DNA of 64,000 nucleotides from Candidatus Uhrbacteria bacterium (GTDB lineage: Bacteria > Patescibacteriota > Patescibacteriia > 2-12-FULL-60-25), in assembly GCA_016203535.1 (NCBI GenBank), contig JACQMO010000015.1, positions 37,295-101,294 on the forward strand. Direction: 5' to 3'. Of the stretch, positions 51,569-60,902 are shown in pieces; position 1 is the first letter of the stretch; each line of letters opens with the position of its first letter. The notes beneath the pieces are model-generated. The model saw only the letters and a program-made list of their open reading frames with translations. It was not told the origin of the DNA and did no database searches. The translations under genes were made by a program, and so were the position numbers.

Positions 51569-53029
51569 ATGTCCTCCGGAGCGACGATCGCGAAAAATGC
51601 CGTCTGGCTCATGGTCGCTACGGCGGCGCAAAAGCTCGTCGCGTTCATCGCCTTCACCGTCGTCGCGCGTCTGATTGGACGGGAACTGACGGGCGTCTTT
51701 TTTTATAGCGTTTCCATCACGTCCATCTTCGTGATTTTCATGGATCTCGGGATGACGCCGGTCGTGATCCGTTCGCTCGCCGGAAATCGCGAGGACGCTC
51801 CGCGACTCCTTGGCGCGGCGCTCCGCGCGAAACTCTTGCTCGCACCGTTCGCCATCGCCGCCGCGCTGCTCTACGCCGCCCTGTTCGGCGCCGATCGCCA
51901 GACGCTCGCGACGGTCGCCGTCGCATGTCTCGTGATGACCGCGGACACGTTTCATCTTGCGCTCTACGGCGCCATGCGCGGCCGACAAAATCTCCGGCCC
52001 GAAGCGTTCGGGATGTTCATCGGCCAGATCCTCACGGCGATAACTTCCGTCGCTGCGGCGTTTCTCGGGTATGGCCCCGTGGGTCTCGCCGTCGCGCTGC
52101 TTGTCGGCAGCGTGTGGAATGTCGGATGGAGCGCGGTGCAGTCGCGGCGTTTCCGGGTCGCGATCTCACGGCCGCGACGCGCGGACCTCCGACGGCTCGC
52201 GAAGGAAGCGTTGCCGTTCGGCATCGCTGGCATCGCCGTGAAAGTCTATTCCTATGTCGACAGTTTGTTCCTGCAGCAATTTCACGGATCCTCAGCGGTC
52301 GGCGTATACGCCGTCGCGTACAAGCTCACCTACGCGCTCCAGTTTCTTCCGCTCACGTTCACGGCTGCGCTCTACCCGGCGCTCGCGTCGCTCTTCGCCG
52401 CCAAACGAGAAGCCGAAATGCGGAACACCTTTTTCGGATCCTTGCGCATCATGGCGGCCGTCGGATTTCCGTTGTCAGCCGGACTCTCCGCGCTGTCCCC
52501 GAGGCTGATCCCGTTGCTCTACGGGCAGGAATTCGTCGGTGCGATTCCGGCATTTTCGGTTTTGCCCTGGGTGCTCCTCCCGATCTTTCTCGATTTCCCT
52601 ATCGGATCGCTTCTGAATGCCTCGCACCGCGCGCATCTGAAAACGACCGCGATGGTGGCAACGATGGTGTTAAACATCGCGGCCAACGCGGTGCTTGTTC
52701 CCGCCTACGGTCCGCTCGGCGCGGCATGGGCGGGTGTCGTGAGTTTCTGGGCACTCTACGCCATCGGTGTATGGTTTACGCGCGAACTCGTCGGCGGCGT
52801 TCGCCGTTTCGTATGGCTCACCGCACGCGCGTTCGTCGCGGCCGGTTTGTCATGGGTCGCATGGCGCATGATCGGCGATCGTATGGATATTCAGGCCGCG
52901 ATCGTCTTCGGAGGCGCGGTTGCCGTGCTCCTGGCGTTCGTGCTCAAATTGGTTTTGGTCGAGGACGTCTTCAAGGTAATTCGCCGGTTGCGGCGCGTGG
53001 AGCCGTCCATCGAACCGCTGCATGAGTAA
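51569..53029 (+). CDS. Polysaccharide/oligosaccharide flippase (MOP/Wzx family)
   Basis: About 12-14 TM helices with a typical Wzx N-terminus (AKNAVWLMVATAAQKLVAFI). Confidence 0.8.
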   Translation: MSSGATIAKNAVWLMVATAAQKLVAFIAFTVVARLIGRELTGVFFYSVSITSIFVIFMDLGMTPVVIRSLAGNREDAPRLLGAALRAKLLLAPFAIAAALLYAALFGADRQTLATVAVACLVMTADTFHLALYGAMRGRQNLRPEAFGMFIGQILTAITSVAAAFLGYGPVGLAVALLVGSVWNVGWSAVQSRRFRVAISRPRRADLRRLAKEALPFGIAGIAVKVYSYVDSLFLQQFHGSSAVGVYAVAYKLTYALQFLPLTFTAALYPALASLFAAKREAEMRNTFFGSLRIMAAVGFPLSAGLSALSPRLIPLLYGQEFVGAIPAFSVLPWVLLPIFLDFPIGSLLNASHRAHLKTTAMVATMVLNIAANAVLVPAYGPLGAAWAGVVSFWALYAIGVWFTRELVGGVRRFVWLTARAFVAAGLSWVAWRMIGDRMDIQAAIVFGGAVAVLLAFVLKLVLVEDVFKVIRRLRRVEPSIEPLHE

Positions 53030-54059
53030 TCCATCCATCGTCCTCGTGACGCTTGAGTACCCGCCCGATATCGGCGGGATTGCGACGTATCTGAGATCGC
53101 TGGTCGAGGCATCGGCAGGAGGGATCGAGGCCGTCGACGCCAAGAAATTTTTCCGAAGCAGCTGGCCCCGGTGGTGGCCGATGGTGAAGTCCATTACGTC
53201 CATCAGGTCGATCGTGTTGGTCAGTCATATATTGCCGGTTGGTACTGCCGCGTGGATTTCACGGATGATCGGGGGTCCGGAGTATGCCATCATCGTCCAC
53301 GGGACGGATGTTCGTCGGGCCAACACGCCATGGAAACGCTGGTTGGTTCGACGGATTTGCGCGAGGGCGCGTGCGCTCGTCGCGAACAGCGAAGCGACGA
53401 AACGCGAATTGTTGTCTCTCGTGCCTCAAGAAACAGTGCATGTCGTGACCCCCGGCGTGTCGGGAGATCCGCATCCGTCCCGTATCGACGCACGGCGGGG
53501 ACTGGGTCTCGACACGGACGAGCCGGTCGTTCTTTCTGTTTCGCGGCTTGTTCCACGGAAGGGGCTGGACTTTTCTCTCCGCGCCATATCGCGGATCCAG
53601 ACGCGTCGTCCGGTCCGGTACATCGTGATCGGGGACGGGCCGGATCGCGAACGACTTGAAAAGGTGGCGGCGGAATGTCGCGCGTCTGTCACATGGATCC
53701 GAAATGCGACGGATGAAGAGAAACGACGATGGTACGCGGCAGCGGACGTGTTTCTCCTCCCGGCGCGGGATGAGGGAGACGACGTCGAAGGGTTCGGGAT
53801 CGTCTATCTTGAATCGGCAATGGCCGGAGTTCCGAGCGTGGCCGGCCGGAGCGGGGGAGCCGTCGAGGCCGTCAGGCACGAGAACACCGGTCTCGCGGTG
53901 AACCCGGACAGCATCCAGGAGATTGCCGAATCCGTCGAAAAACTGCTAAAAGACAGCGAGCTTCGCCGCGGAATGGGGGAGAACGCAAGACGCCGAGTCC
54001 TGTCGGAATTCCAATGGAAAGACCGATGGGAGAAACTGAAGCGGATTTTGAATCCGTAA
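53022..54059 (+). CDS. Glycosyltransferase, GT-B fold (group 1 / GT4 family)
   Basis: 8-nt overlap with the flippase. C-terminal E..(G)FG.V.LE.MA.G.P motif (EGFGIVYLESAMAGVPSV). Confidence 0.85.
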   Translation: MSNPSIVLVTLEYPPDIGGIATYLRSLVEASAGGIEAVDAKKFFRSSWPRWWPMVKSITSIRSIVLVSHILPVGTAAWISRMIGGPEYAIIVHGTDVRRANTPWKRWLVRRICARARALVANSEATKRELLSLVPQETVHVVTPGVSGDPHPSRIDARRGLGLDTDEPVVLSVSRLVPRKGLDFSLRAISRIQTRRPVRYIVIGDGPDRERLEKVAAECRASVTWIRNATDEEKRRWYAAADVFLLPARDEGDDVEGFGIVYLESAMAGVPSVAGRSGGAVEAVRHENTGLAVNPDSIQEIAESVEKLLKDSELRRGMGENARRRVLSEFQWKDRWEKLKRILNP

Positions 54060-54083
54060 AATCATTGCTCCTGTCCACCGTCC

Positions 54084-54794
54084 ATGCCGCCTATTTCGGT
54101 CATCATCCCCTGCTTTAATCATGCATACGTTTTACGACGCACGTTTGAGGGTTTGGCGACCCAAACGGTTAAACCCCAAGAAGTTATCGTTGTTGACGAT
54201 GGATCGGTTGATCAACCCGCCGCGATCATTTTTTCTTTTTCAAATCGGTTGCCGTTGTCGTTTATTCGGTTGGAAAAAAATTGCGGTGCTCCGCGCGCGA
54301 GGAATCTGGGGGCCGCACAGTCGCATGGGGAATATCTCCTTTTTTTGGACGCCGATGCAGAACTCGTGCCGGACGCGCTCGAAACATTCGCTCGTGCGCT
54401 CACAGAGCATCCGGACGCTGCATTTGCGTATTCAAACTTTTTCTGGGGAGCGAAACGGTTTCGCGGACGGCCGTTCGACGCGGAGGAATTGCGGCGGCGG
54501 AATTTCATCCATACGTCCTCGCTGATCCGGCGCGAGGCGTTTCCGGGATTCGATGAAACACTTCACAAGTTTCAGGACTGGGATTTGTGGTTGACGATGG
54601 CCGAGCGAGGCTCAAAGGGAACTTGGATCGACCGTGAGTTGTATCGGATCGAGCCGCGGCGACAGGGGATGAGCAAATGGTTGCCGAGAATCGCCTATGT
54701 GATCCCTTGGCAACGGCTTGGTTTTGTGCCAAAAGAGATAGCGAATTATCGCGAAGCTGAACGTGTTGTAAGACAGAAGCATCGAATAGTTTAG
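54084..54794 (+). CDS. Glycosyltransferase family 2
   Basis: ISVIIPCFN...VIVVDDGS...LFLDAD (DxD). Confidence 0.85.
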   Translation: MPPISVIIPCFNHAYVLRRTFEGLATQTVKPQEVIVVDDGSVDQPAAIIFSFSNRLPLSFIRLEKNCGAPRARNLGAAQSHGEYLLFLDADAELVPDALETFARALTEHPDAAFAYSNFFWGAKRFRGRPFDAEELRRRNFIHTSSLIRREAFPGFDETLHKFQDWDLWLTMAERGSKGTWIDRELYRIEPRRQGMSKWLPRIAYVIPWQRLGFVPKEIANYREAERVVRQKHRIV

Positions 54795-54815
54795 CTACCG
54801 TCTACCGTCTATCTC
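54795..54815. repeat. Tandem heptamer array CTACCGT|CTACCGT|CTATCTC
   Basis: Read directly. It is the entire 21-nt spacer between the TAG stop (54792-54794) and ATG 54816. Confidence 0.9.
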
Positions 54816-57209
54816 ATGAAAGACTTCCGCATTGTCATCGTCTCCTGGAATGTCGAGAGACTTCTCGAGCGATGTTTGAAATCTTTGCCCGAGGCGTGTG
54901 ATGGATTGGATTGGGACGTCGTGGTTGTAGATAACGCTTCGTCCGACGAGAGCGCAAAAAAGGCCGAGGGGCTCATGAGCGAATGGGCAAATGGGCATGT
55001 GATCATAAATCCAGAAAATCGAGGGTTCGCGAAAGCCTGCAATCAGGGGATCGATGGGTATAACGCGCGGTACGTATTGCTTTTAAATCCAGATACCGAA
55101 TGTCCACCTGGATCGCTTTTTCATTTCATCAACGCCGCCGACTCCACAGATAGGCGGACGTCCGACGTCCGACATTCGGCGGACGTCGGACGTCCGACAG
55201 GGATACTTGGGCCACGGCTTGTAGAAACGGACGGGAAACATCAACCGAGCGTCCGCGGTTTTCCCAACGTCTGGAATCAGATGGGGATTTTGTTGAAACT
55301 GCATCATGTCTTGCCGTGGTTCTTCCGGAAGTATTTCAACGGAAGCGAGCAAGTGATGGGCGCCTGTTTTTTGATCCGTCGCGAGCTTCTCGAGCAAATC
55401 GGCGGGTTGGATGAACGCTATTTCATCTGGTTTGAAGAAGTTGATTTTTGCAAACAAGCGAAAGCGCGCGGCTGGGAGGTGCGGTATGAACCGTCCGTCA
55501 CGGTGATCCACCACGGCGGGCAATCATTTGCACAGGTCATGTCAGCTAAAAAGCAGGCGATGTTCAACGATAGTTTGAAAAAATATTTCAAGAAATGGCA
55601 TCCGGGATGGCGGGCTTGGCTGATTTCTCTCGTATGCCCGGCTGCATTGCTGGAGACGAAAATTATTGGAATTGTCTCTTCCAATATAGTTCTCGCATGG
55701 GTTCTCGGGATCGCGCTATTCGAGCTCGTATCGCTTGCCACGGTGTTCAATCCGGTTCCGCGTGCCGTGGCCACGGTCGCGGTTGGACTGACTGTTTTCA
55801 TGGCGGCGATTCGTCGGCCATCGTTCGCGCTCGCCATGCTGCTTGTCGAACTCATGATCGGCTCAAAAGGCGCTTTACTCAAGATTCCGAATGGATGGGA
55901 GGTGGATGGTGGCATTTCCCTCCGGATCGTGATAACGGCCGCTTTTCTGCTCGGCTGGCTGTATCGGCGGACGTCGGACGTCCGCCGATACGTCCGACAA
56001 TTGTCGGACGTCCGACGTCCGACAATTGGAGGTATTTCCAAGCCGTGGGTCGCTTTGGCGGCGTTATGTATGTGGGGGGTCATTCGAGGTTTCTGGCTAA
56101 AAAATCAGTTTCTCTTTCAAGATGCCAACGCCTGGGGATATCTTATTTTGCTGCTTCCGGTTCTCAATATTGCTCGGCGTGACTCAAAAAATCTTTTGCA
56201 CTACACGACACAGGCGGCTATAGCAGCTCTTTTGTGGGTTCCCATCAAAACTCTGACCTTGCTTTATGTCTGGTCTCACGGCATCAAATCGCTCTCGCAG
56301 CCGCTGTATCTTTGGGTTCGGCGAACAGGCGTCGGCGAGGTTACTCTCGTGACCGGAAATTTATTCCGTGTGTTCATACAATCGCAGGTGTACGCGATCT
56401 TCGCTTTACTCTTTGCGGCGGCGTATGTTGCACGAAGCAAACGGGTGACGCGGAACGGGGGCCCCCCAGCGACCGGAGACCAGCAGGTCGAGGACGATGG
56501 GGGTGGGCCGCGGCAGGACCCGTCATTTTGGGTGATCCCTATCGCTTCCGCCGGTTCCCTCCTCATCAGTCTCTCCCGCAGTTTCTGGGTGGGGTTCATC
56601 TGCGGCATCGCTTGCTTCAAATTGCTTGCCTGGCGGGCGAAGTTCTCCTTCTCACAATTTTGGAGCGTGGGATGGAGATTCGGCGCCGGATTCTTCGCGG
56701 CTGTCGGCCTAATTTTCGCGGTCGTCGCGTTCCCGTATCCGCCTGTCGATGTCGGATCGCTGGCGACGCTGTTCGGTTCGCGCGGATCCGTTTCGGACGC
56801 GGCGGCTGAAACGCGATGGAGTCTTCTTCCCGCCGTCATCTACAAAATCAAACAAGCGCCGATCCTTGGTTCCGGCTTCGGCGCGACCATCACGTATCAC
56901 TCGAAGGATCCTCGGATTCTCGCAAAAAATCCGTATGGCCTCTACACCACCTACGCGTTCGAGTGGGGCTGGCTGGAGCACTGGATCAAATTCGGGATTC
57001 TCGGTATTCCGGTGATGCTCTGGCTGCTCTGTTCCATCGTCCGACGTGCATGGAGATCCGACGGGCCGTGGTGGGTACGCACGGGATTCGTTGCATCCAT
57101 CGTCTCACTGGGCGCGCTCCACGTTTTCACGCCATATCTGAACCATCCGCTCGGCTTCGGACTCCTGCTCGCGGCGGAAGGATGGATCGTGGCCACGAAG
57201 CGCGAATAG
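54816..57209 (+). CDS. Fusion protein: GT2 glycosyltransferase (N-terminal) plus O-antigen-ligase/Wzy-like polytopic membrane domain
   Basis: N-terminus VIVSWN...VVVDNASSD...LLLNPD...FIWFEEVDFC is rhamnosyltransferase-like GT2. At least 10 TM helices follow, with a Wzy_C-like loop. It contains two in-frame palindromic inserts. Confidence 0.8.
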   Translation: MKDFRIVIVSWNVERLLERCLKSLPEACDGLDWDVVVVDNASSDESAKKAEGLMSEWANGHVIINPENRGFAKACNQGIDGYNARYVLLLNPDTECPPGSLFHFINAADSTDRRTSDVRHSADVGRPTGILGPRLVETDGKHQPSVRGFPNVWNQMGILLKLHHVLPWFFRKYFNGSEQVMGACFLIRRELLEQIGGLDERYFIWFEEVDFCKQAKARGWEVRYEPSVTVIHHGGQSFAQVMSAKKQAMFNDSLKKYFKKWHPGWRAWLISLVCPAALLETKIIGIVSSNIVLAWVLGIALFELVSLATVFNPVPRAVATVAVGLTVFMAAIRRPSFALAMLLVELMIGSKGALLKIPNGWEVDGGISLRIVITAAFLLGWLYRRTSDVRRYVRQLSDVRRPTIGGISKPWVALAALCMWGVIRGFWLKNQFLFQDANAWGYLILLLPVLNIARRDSKNLLHYTTQAAIAALLWVPIKTLTLLYVWSHGIKSLSQPLYLWVRRTGVGEVTLVTGNLFRVFIQSQVYAIFALLFAAAYVARSKRVTRNGGPPATGDQQVEDDGGGPRQDPSFWVIPIASAGSLLISLSRSFWVGFICGIACFKLLAWRAKFSFSQFWSVGWRFGAGFFAAVGLIFAVVAFPYPPVDVGSLATLFGSRGSVSDAAAETRWSLLPAVIYKIKQAPILGSGFGATITYHSKDPRILAKNPYGLYTTYAFEWGWLEHWIKFGILGIPVMLWLLCSIVRRAWRSDGPWWVRTGFVASIVSLGALHVFTPYLNHPLGFGLLLAAEGWIVATKRE
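55152..55199 (+). repeat. In-frame palindromic heptamer element (4 x GACGTC at 7-nt spacing)
   Basis: AGGCGGACGTCCGACGTCCGACATTCGGCGGACGTCGGACGTCCGACA encodes RRTSDVRHSADVGRPT. It contains the 14-nt perfect palindrome GTCGGACGTCCGAC (55185-55198). Confidence 0.85.
55962..56029 (+). repeat. In-frame palindromic heptamer element, second copy
   Basis: 29-nt palindrome TATCGGCGGACGTC-G-GACGTCCGCCGATA (55962-55990), 20-nt perfect palindrome CGTCCGACAATTGTCGGACG (55991-56010), then TCCGACGTCCGACAATTGG. It shares 21-nt and 19-nt blocks with the first copy and encodes RRTSDVRRYVRQLSDVRRPT. Confidence 0.85.
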
Positions 57210-57224
57210 ACGTATACTTTTTTC

Positions 57225-57398
57225 ATGGCGTTTCAGGATTTTTTCGATGACATCGAGCGGATCACGGATAGGTATCGTTCGACCCTTTCGTCGATCGAGA
57301 GACGGCAGCATGAACGTATCCGCGAGATCGCGCATGCCGTCGAGGCGAAGGAGGTCGAGAAGATCCGCGAACGTTTGAAAAAGGCATATGGCGCCTGA
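57225..57398 (+). CDS. Possible small coiled-coil protein (57 aa)
   Basis: Hand translation: MAFQDFFDDIERITDRYRSTLSSIERRQHERIREIAHAVEAKEVEKIRERLKKAYGA. It is below the ORF-track cut-off and overlaps the next ORF's ATG by 11 nt. Confidence 0.3.
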   Translation: MAFQDFFDDIERITDRYRSTLSSIERRQHERIREIAHAVEAKEVEKIRERLKKAYGA

Positions 57399-59496
57399 AG
57401 GGATGGAAACCGCGTCATCGGCGTCGGCGACGATTGAGCACGTGGCCTCTCCGAAGATCGAAACGCCGGTGGAACGAGAATCATCCCCTGAGGCTGCCGG
57501 TGCGGAATTGCTGGTAAACCTGGAAGATCGAACGTCGGCGCTCGATACGCGTGCCGAGGAGATTGTCACGCAGGGGCGTGAACGGTTCGACATTGCGGCC
57601 GCATCCGAACTTCTTCCTTCCGAGGACGCCGCGCCGTTCAAGGCAGAGGCGGAAAAGGCGCAAGAGGAATTTGCACAGGAAGCCGCGGGGGCAAAACAGC
57701 AGACGAGATCAGAGATCGCGGGGACCGTCGGCAAATGGATGAAAGAAAGTCCGCTGCTCAAGACGGTCCTGATTTCGGCCGCGCTGCACGTCCCGTTTAG
57801 TCCCTACGGAAAGGAACTGATGGATTCGTTGAAGGATCACGGCGCCGAAGTTCCGGAAACCGTCCTTCGTCCGCAGGGATACGACAACATGCTCGAAACG
57901 GCAGATCGAAAGGCGAAGCGCGAAGAACGTGTAGATGCTGACGTCGTGAGTTCGTATAAGAAGGACATGCGCGAGCGCATGGAAAAGGGCGAGCCGGTCT
58001 CTTTTGAGGAACTGTACCTGGATTTGGAACGGCTGAACGGCGTTTCGCCGGAGAGAGTGGAGCGCGCCAAACAAGAGGCCCATGGACGGATCGAGCGATA
58101 CTCACGCGAGATGGGCGAGGAGATCGATCCGGACGAACTTCGGTCGTTCGTTGGCGAGATGTACGGCGTGGACTCGAATTACGACTGGGGGCAGGCGTCG
58201 GTGGCTGAGTACTTCGAGAGCGGAAAACGGAACTGCGTCGCGATCGCCAAAGCCGAGGCGATCGTGCTCGAAGGGGTTATTCGGAATCTTCCGCCCGAAG
58301 CACGCCAGCGGTATGAAATAGGGATCAACAAGATGAAACAGCACGAAGTTGCCGCACTGACGATCCGCTCGAAGGACGGATCGTCGTTTCAGACGTTCAT
58401 GCTGGAAGGTGGCGTCGCAACGCTCGAAGGAGCGCGCGAGACCGAGGGGACGAAAACCGTATCGCTCGACCTGCTGAAACAGGGGATCGTGTCCGAAAAA
58501 CCGATTGCGGTCCAGGCGAAAGCCGGAGAGATTCAAAAAAGTCCGGATTTGCTTGTCGTGACGGACCAACCCGTCGACGACGGGATCGACGTCCAGGGAG
58601 ATTTGCGCGGATCGGAGTACGTCGTCCAGCAAGCCGAACTGCAGGGCGTGAAACCCGAAATCGTCCAACAGCCGGCGAAAGAACCGATGGAGGTGGAGAT
58701 TCTTGACGAAGGGCCGCAGGGGCCGGAAGTTGTCGCGACACTGGAACGGGACACCAACCTCACGTATATCCTGGATGCTCGGAGGTTGGTGAATCCGACG
58801 CCTGAAGCAGTAAAGGCGCTTGTTCCAAGATTGAAGCAAGAGAACAGTTTTGAAGTTCAGCTCCCGGATCTCACAGGATGGCCGGAAGAAAGTGTCCAAG
58901 AGTTGTTCGAGACGGACCTCCATTACTTGAATATCCCAACAACCCAGGAAAACGAGCTCGCCCCCGCACTTATGGATCTACTGAAGAAACGGGTTTCGAC
59001 TGATAATCCTGAAAAGTTGCCGCTGAAAAGTTTGAAAATGCTTCCCGGGCCGACGGAAGAAATTCCTCATTACATCCCTACGGAACAACTCCAGACGCTT
59101 GTCCAGGGGCTGAAAGGGATTGATCGGATTGACTTTTCGGATTTCGGATCAATTTTCATGAAGGAAGCAAAAATTGTATCTCAGGCGCCGGTTAAGGAGA
59201 TCGAACTCATTGCGTCAGACGAGGAAGTCATTCGTTTTCTCGCCAAGGCGAAGCCGAAGATCATTTTCCGAGCCGCGGATTATTTGTATAAAATGGATAT
59301 GCTTACGGATCTTGTTCGGTTAGAGAATATCGAGCCGAATATTGATATGGCTAACCCAGATGAGCTTGTCGAGCTCCATCAGCGGATAAAGAAGGAGGCG
59401 CCTCAAAGAAAAAAACTTCTCTTCGAGATCGAGCAGATGCTCGGAGATTATCAGTCAGAATCGAAGGAATCCAAAAAAACAACGGCGTCACTCTGA
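57388..59496 (+). CDS. Large hypothetical protein (702 aa), acidic, no recognised family
   Basis: Long ORF with protein-like composition and lower G+C than its neighbours. A possible Cys/His pair (GKRNCVAIAK ... KQHEVAAL) hints at a papain/transglutaminase-like core. Alternative start at 57403. Confidence 0.65.
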   Translation: MAPEGMETASSASATIEHVASPKIETPVERESSPEAAGAELLVNLEDRTSALDTRAEEIVTQGRERFDIAAASELLPSEDAAPFKAEAEKAQEEFAQEAAGAKQQTRSEIAGTVGKWMKESPLLKTVLISAALHVPFSPYGKELMDSLKDHGAEVPETVLRPQGYDNMLETADRKAKREERVDADVVSSYKKDMRERMEKGEPVSFEELYLDLERLNGVSPERVERAKQEAHGRIERYSREMGEEIDPDELRSFVGEMYGVDSNYDWGQASVAEYFESGKRNCVAIAKAEAIVLEGVIRNLPPEARQRYEIGINKMKQHEVAALTIRSKDGSSFQTFMLEGGVATLEGARETEGTKTVSLDLLKQGIVSEKPIAVQAKAGEIQKSPDLLVVTDQPVDDGIDVQGDLRGSEYVVQQAELQGVKPEIVQQPAKEPMEVEILDEGPQGPEVVATLERDTNLTYILDARRLVNPTPEAVKALVPRLKQENSFEVQLPDLTGWPEESVQELFETDLHYLNIPTTQENELAPALMDLLKKRVSTDNPEKLPLKSLKMLPGPTEEIPHYIPTEQLQTLVQGLKGIDRIDFSDFGSIFMKEAKIVSQAPVKEIELIASDEEVIRFLAKAKPKIIFRAADYLYKMDMLTDLVRLENIEPNIDMANPDELVELHQRIKKEAPQRKKLLFEIEQMLGDYQSESKESKKTTASL

Positions 59497-60402
59497 CCAC
59501 GTCTTGTTTCCGCGGATGAATTCTTCTCCGCTCATCGGTTTTTTTCCTTCCGGCTGGACCGTGACGAGTTCGACCGTCGTTCCTTGGCCGCAGCCGACGG
59601 TCGGTCGTTTTTTCCACACGAACCGTTGTCCGGGGGAAAACGACGCATTGTTCGGACGGATTTTCACCGCGAGAATTTTCAATCTTTTTCCGCTAAGCTC
59701 CGTCCACGACCCTGGCCAGGGGTCGTAAGCCCGGACCTGACGTTCGATTTCATGAGCCGTCTTGAACCAATCGATTTTTCCATTTTCGCGCGTGAGGATC
59801 TTGCAGTACGTCGCCTTTGTGTGATCTTGCGTTGTTGGCCCGGTCTTGCCTGAAAGATACCCATCGAGGATGTTCGGGAGTAGAGTCGCGCCCATCCCGG
59901 CCAGCCGATCATGGAGCGAGCCGCCCGTATCCGTGTCGAGGATACTCGTCCCGTCCGTCGCGAGGATGGGGCCGTGATCCATTGCTTCATCGAGCTTCAT
60001 CACGGTGACTCCGGTGTGCGTGTCGCCAGCGGCGATCGCCGCGTGGATCGGTGAAGGACCTCGCCAGCGCGGCAGGAGCGATGCGTGGACGTTGACGAAT
60101 CCGCGCGCGGGAAGTTCGAGCAGCCACGGGGGGAGAATTTTTCCGTATGAAACAACGACGCCGACATCGAGGTCGGGTGGGAGGATGGAATTCAGTTCGG
60201 AAAGTTTTTCGGGCTGGAAGGTCGGCAGTGTGTACCGTTCGGCGGCGCGCTTCACCGGCGGCGGCGTGAGTTCCGCGTGCCGGCCGACCGGTTTATCCGG
60301 TTGTGTCACGACGGCCACAACATGGAATCGGCTGTCCTGAACCAGCGCCTCAAGATGAGGGACTGCGAAATCCGAGGTTCCGAAAAAAACAATTCGGTGC
60401 AT
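59488..60402 (-). CDS. fmt: Methionyl-tRNA formyltransferase
   Basis: VFFGTSDFAVPHLEAL, VNVHASLLPRWRGPSPI. Confidence 0.93.
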   Translation of the reverse strand: MHRIVFFGTSDFAVPHLEALVQDSRFHVVAVVTQPDKPVGRHAELTPPPVKRAAERYTLPTFQPEKLSELNSILPPDLDVGVVVSYGKILPPWLLELPARGFVNVHASLLPRWRGPSPIHAAIAAGDTHTGVTVMKLDEAMDHGPILATDGTSILDTDTGGSLHDRLAGMGATLLPNILDGYLSGKTGPTTQDHTKATYCKILTRENGKIDWFKTAHEIERQVRAYDPWPGSWTELSGKRLKILAVKIRPNNASFSPGQRFVWKKRPTVGCGQGTTVELVTVQPEGKKPMSGEEFIRGNKTWSE

Positions 60403-60404
60403 GG

Positions 60405-60887
60405 TTACACCTTAAGTTTATCTTTCCCTTTCGTAAACTCTTTCACTTTATCAATGAAAAGAATCCCATCGAGGTGATCCAATTCATGCTGGAAAATGAC
60501 GGCCTCGAGACCTTTGCACTCGAGCTTCACCTTTCGCGCATGCCGATCGAGCGCTTCGACGGTCACTTTTTTCGCCCGTTCCACCATTCCCCACACGCCG
60601 GGCACGCTCAAACATCCTTCCTCTCCGATCACGGTCGCATCCGACGTTTTGGTGATGAGCGGATTGATGTAGGCCGTGCCGATCCCGCCGTGATTCACGA
60701 TGAACACGCGGATGTTTCGCCCGACCTGCGGCGATGCGATCCCGATGCCGTCCTCGACGAACATGGTCTCGGTCAGCGCTTCAAGAAACGCCTGGAATTC
60801 GGGCGTGCCGATGGATTTGGGATCCACCTCAACAGACCGTTCGCGGAGCGACGGCGTCGGGTGGGTAAGGACGGGGAGGGTTTTCAT
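60405..60887 (-). CDS. def: Peptide deformylase
   Basis: GIGIASPQVG, EGCLSVPG, HELDHLDG. Confidence 0.95.
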   Translation of the reverse strand: MKTLPVLTHPTPSLRERSVEVDPKSIGTPEFQAFLEALTETMFVEDGIGIASPQVGRNIRVFIVNHGGIGTAYINPLITKTSDATVIGEEGCLSVPGVWGMVERAKKVTVEALDRHARKVKLECKGLEAVIFQHELDHLDGILFIDKVKEFTKGKDKLKV

Positions 60888-60902
60888 ACACGACCGCGTA
60901 AT

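Noticed and set aside
55152-56029. CRISPR array or minisatellite interpretation of the GACGTC-rich blocks
   Set aside because: The units are only 7 nt with no unique spacers. The two blocks are 760 nt apart, and both are read through in frame by a long conserved-domain ORF.
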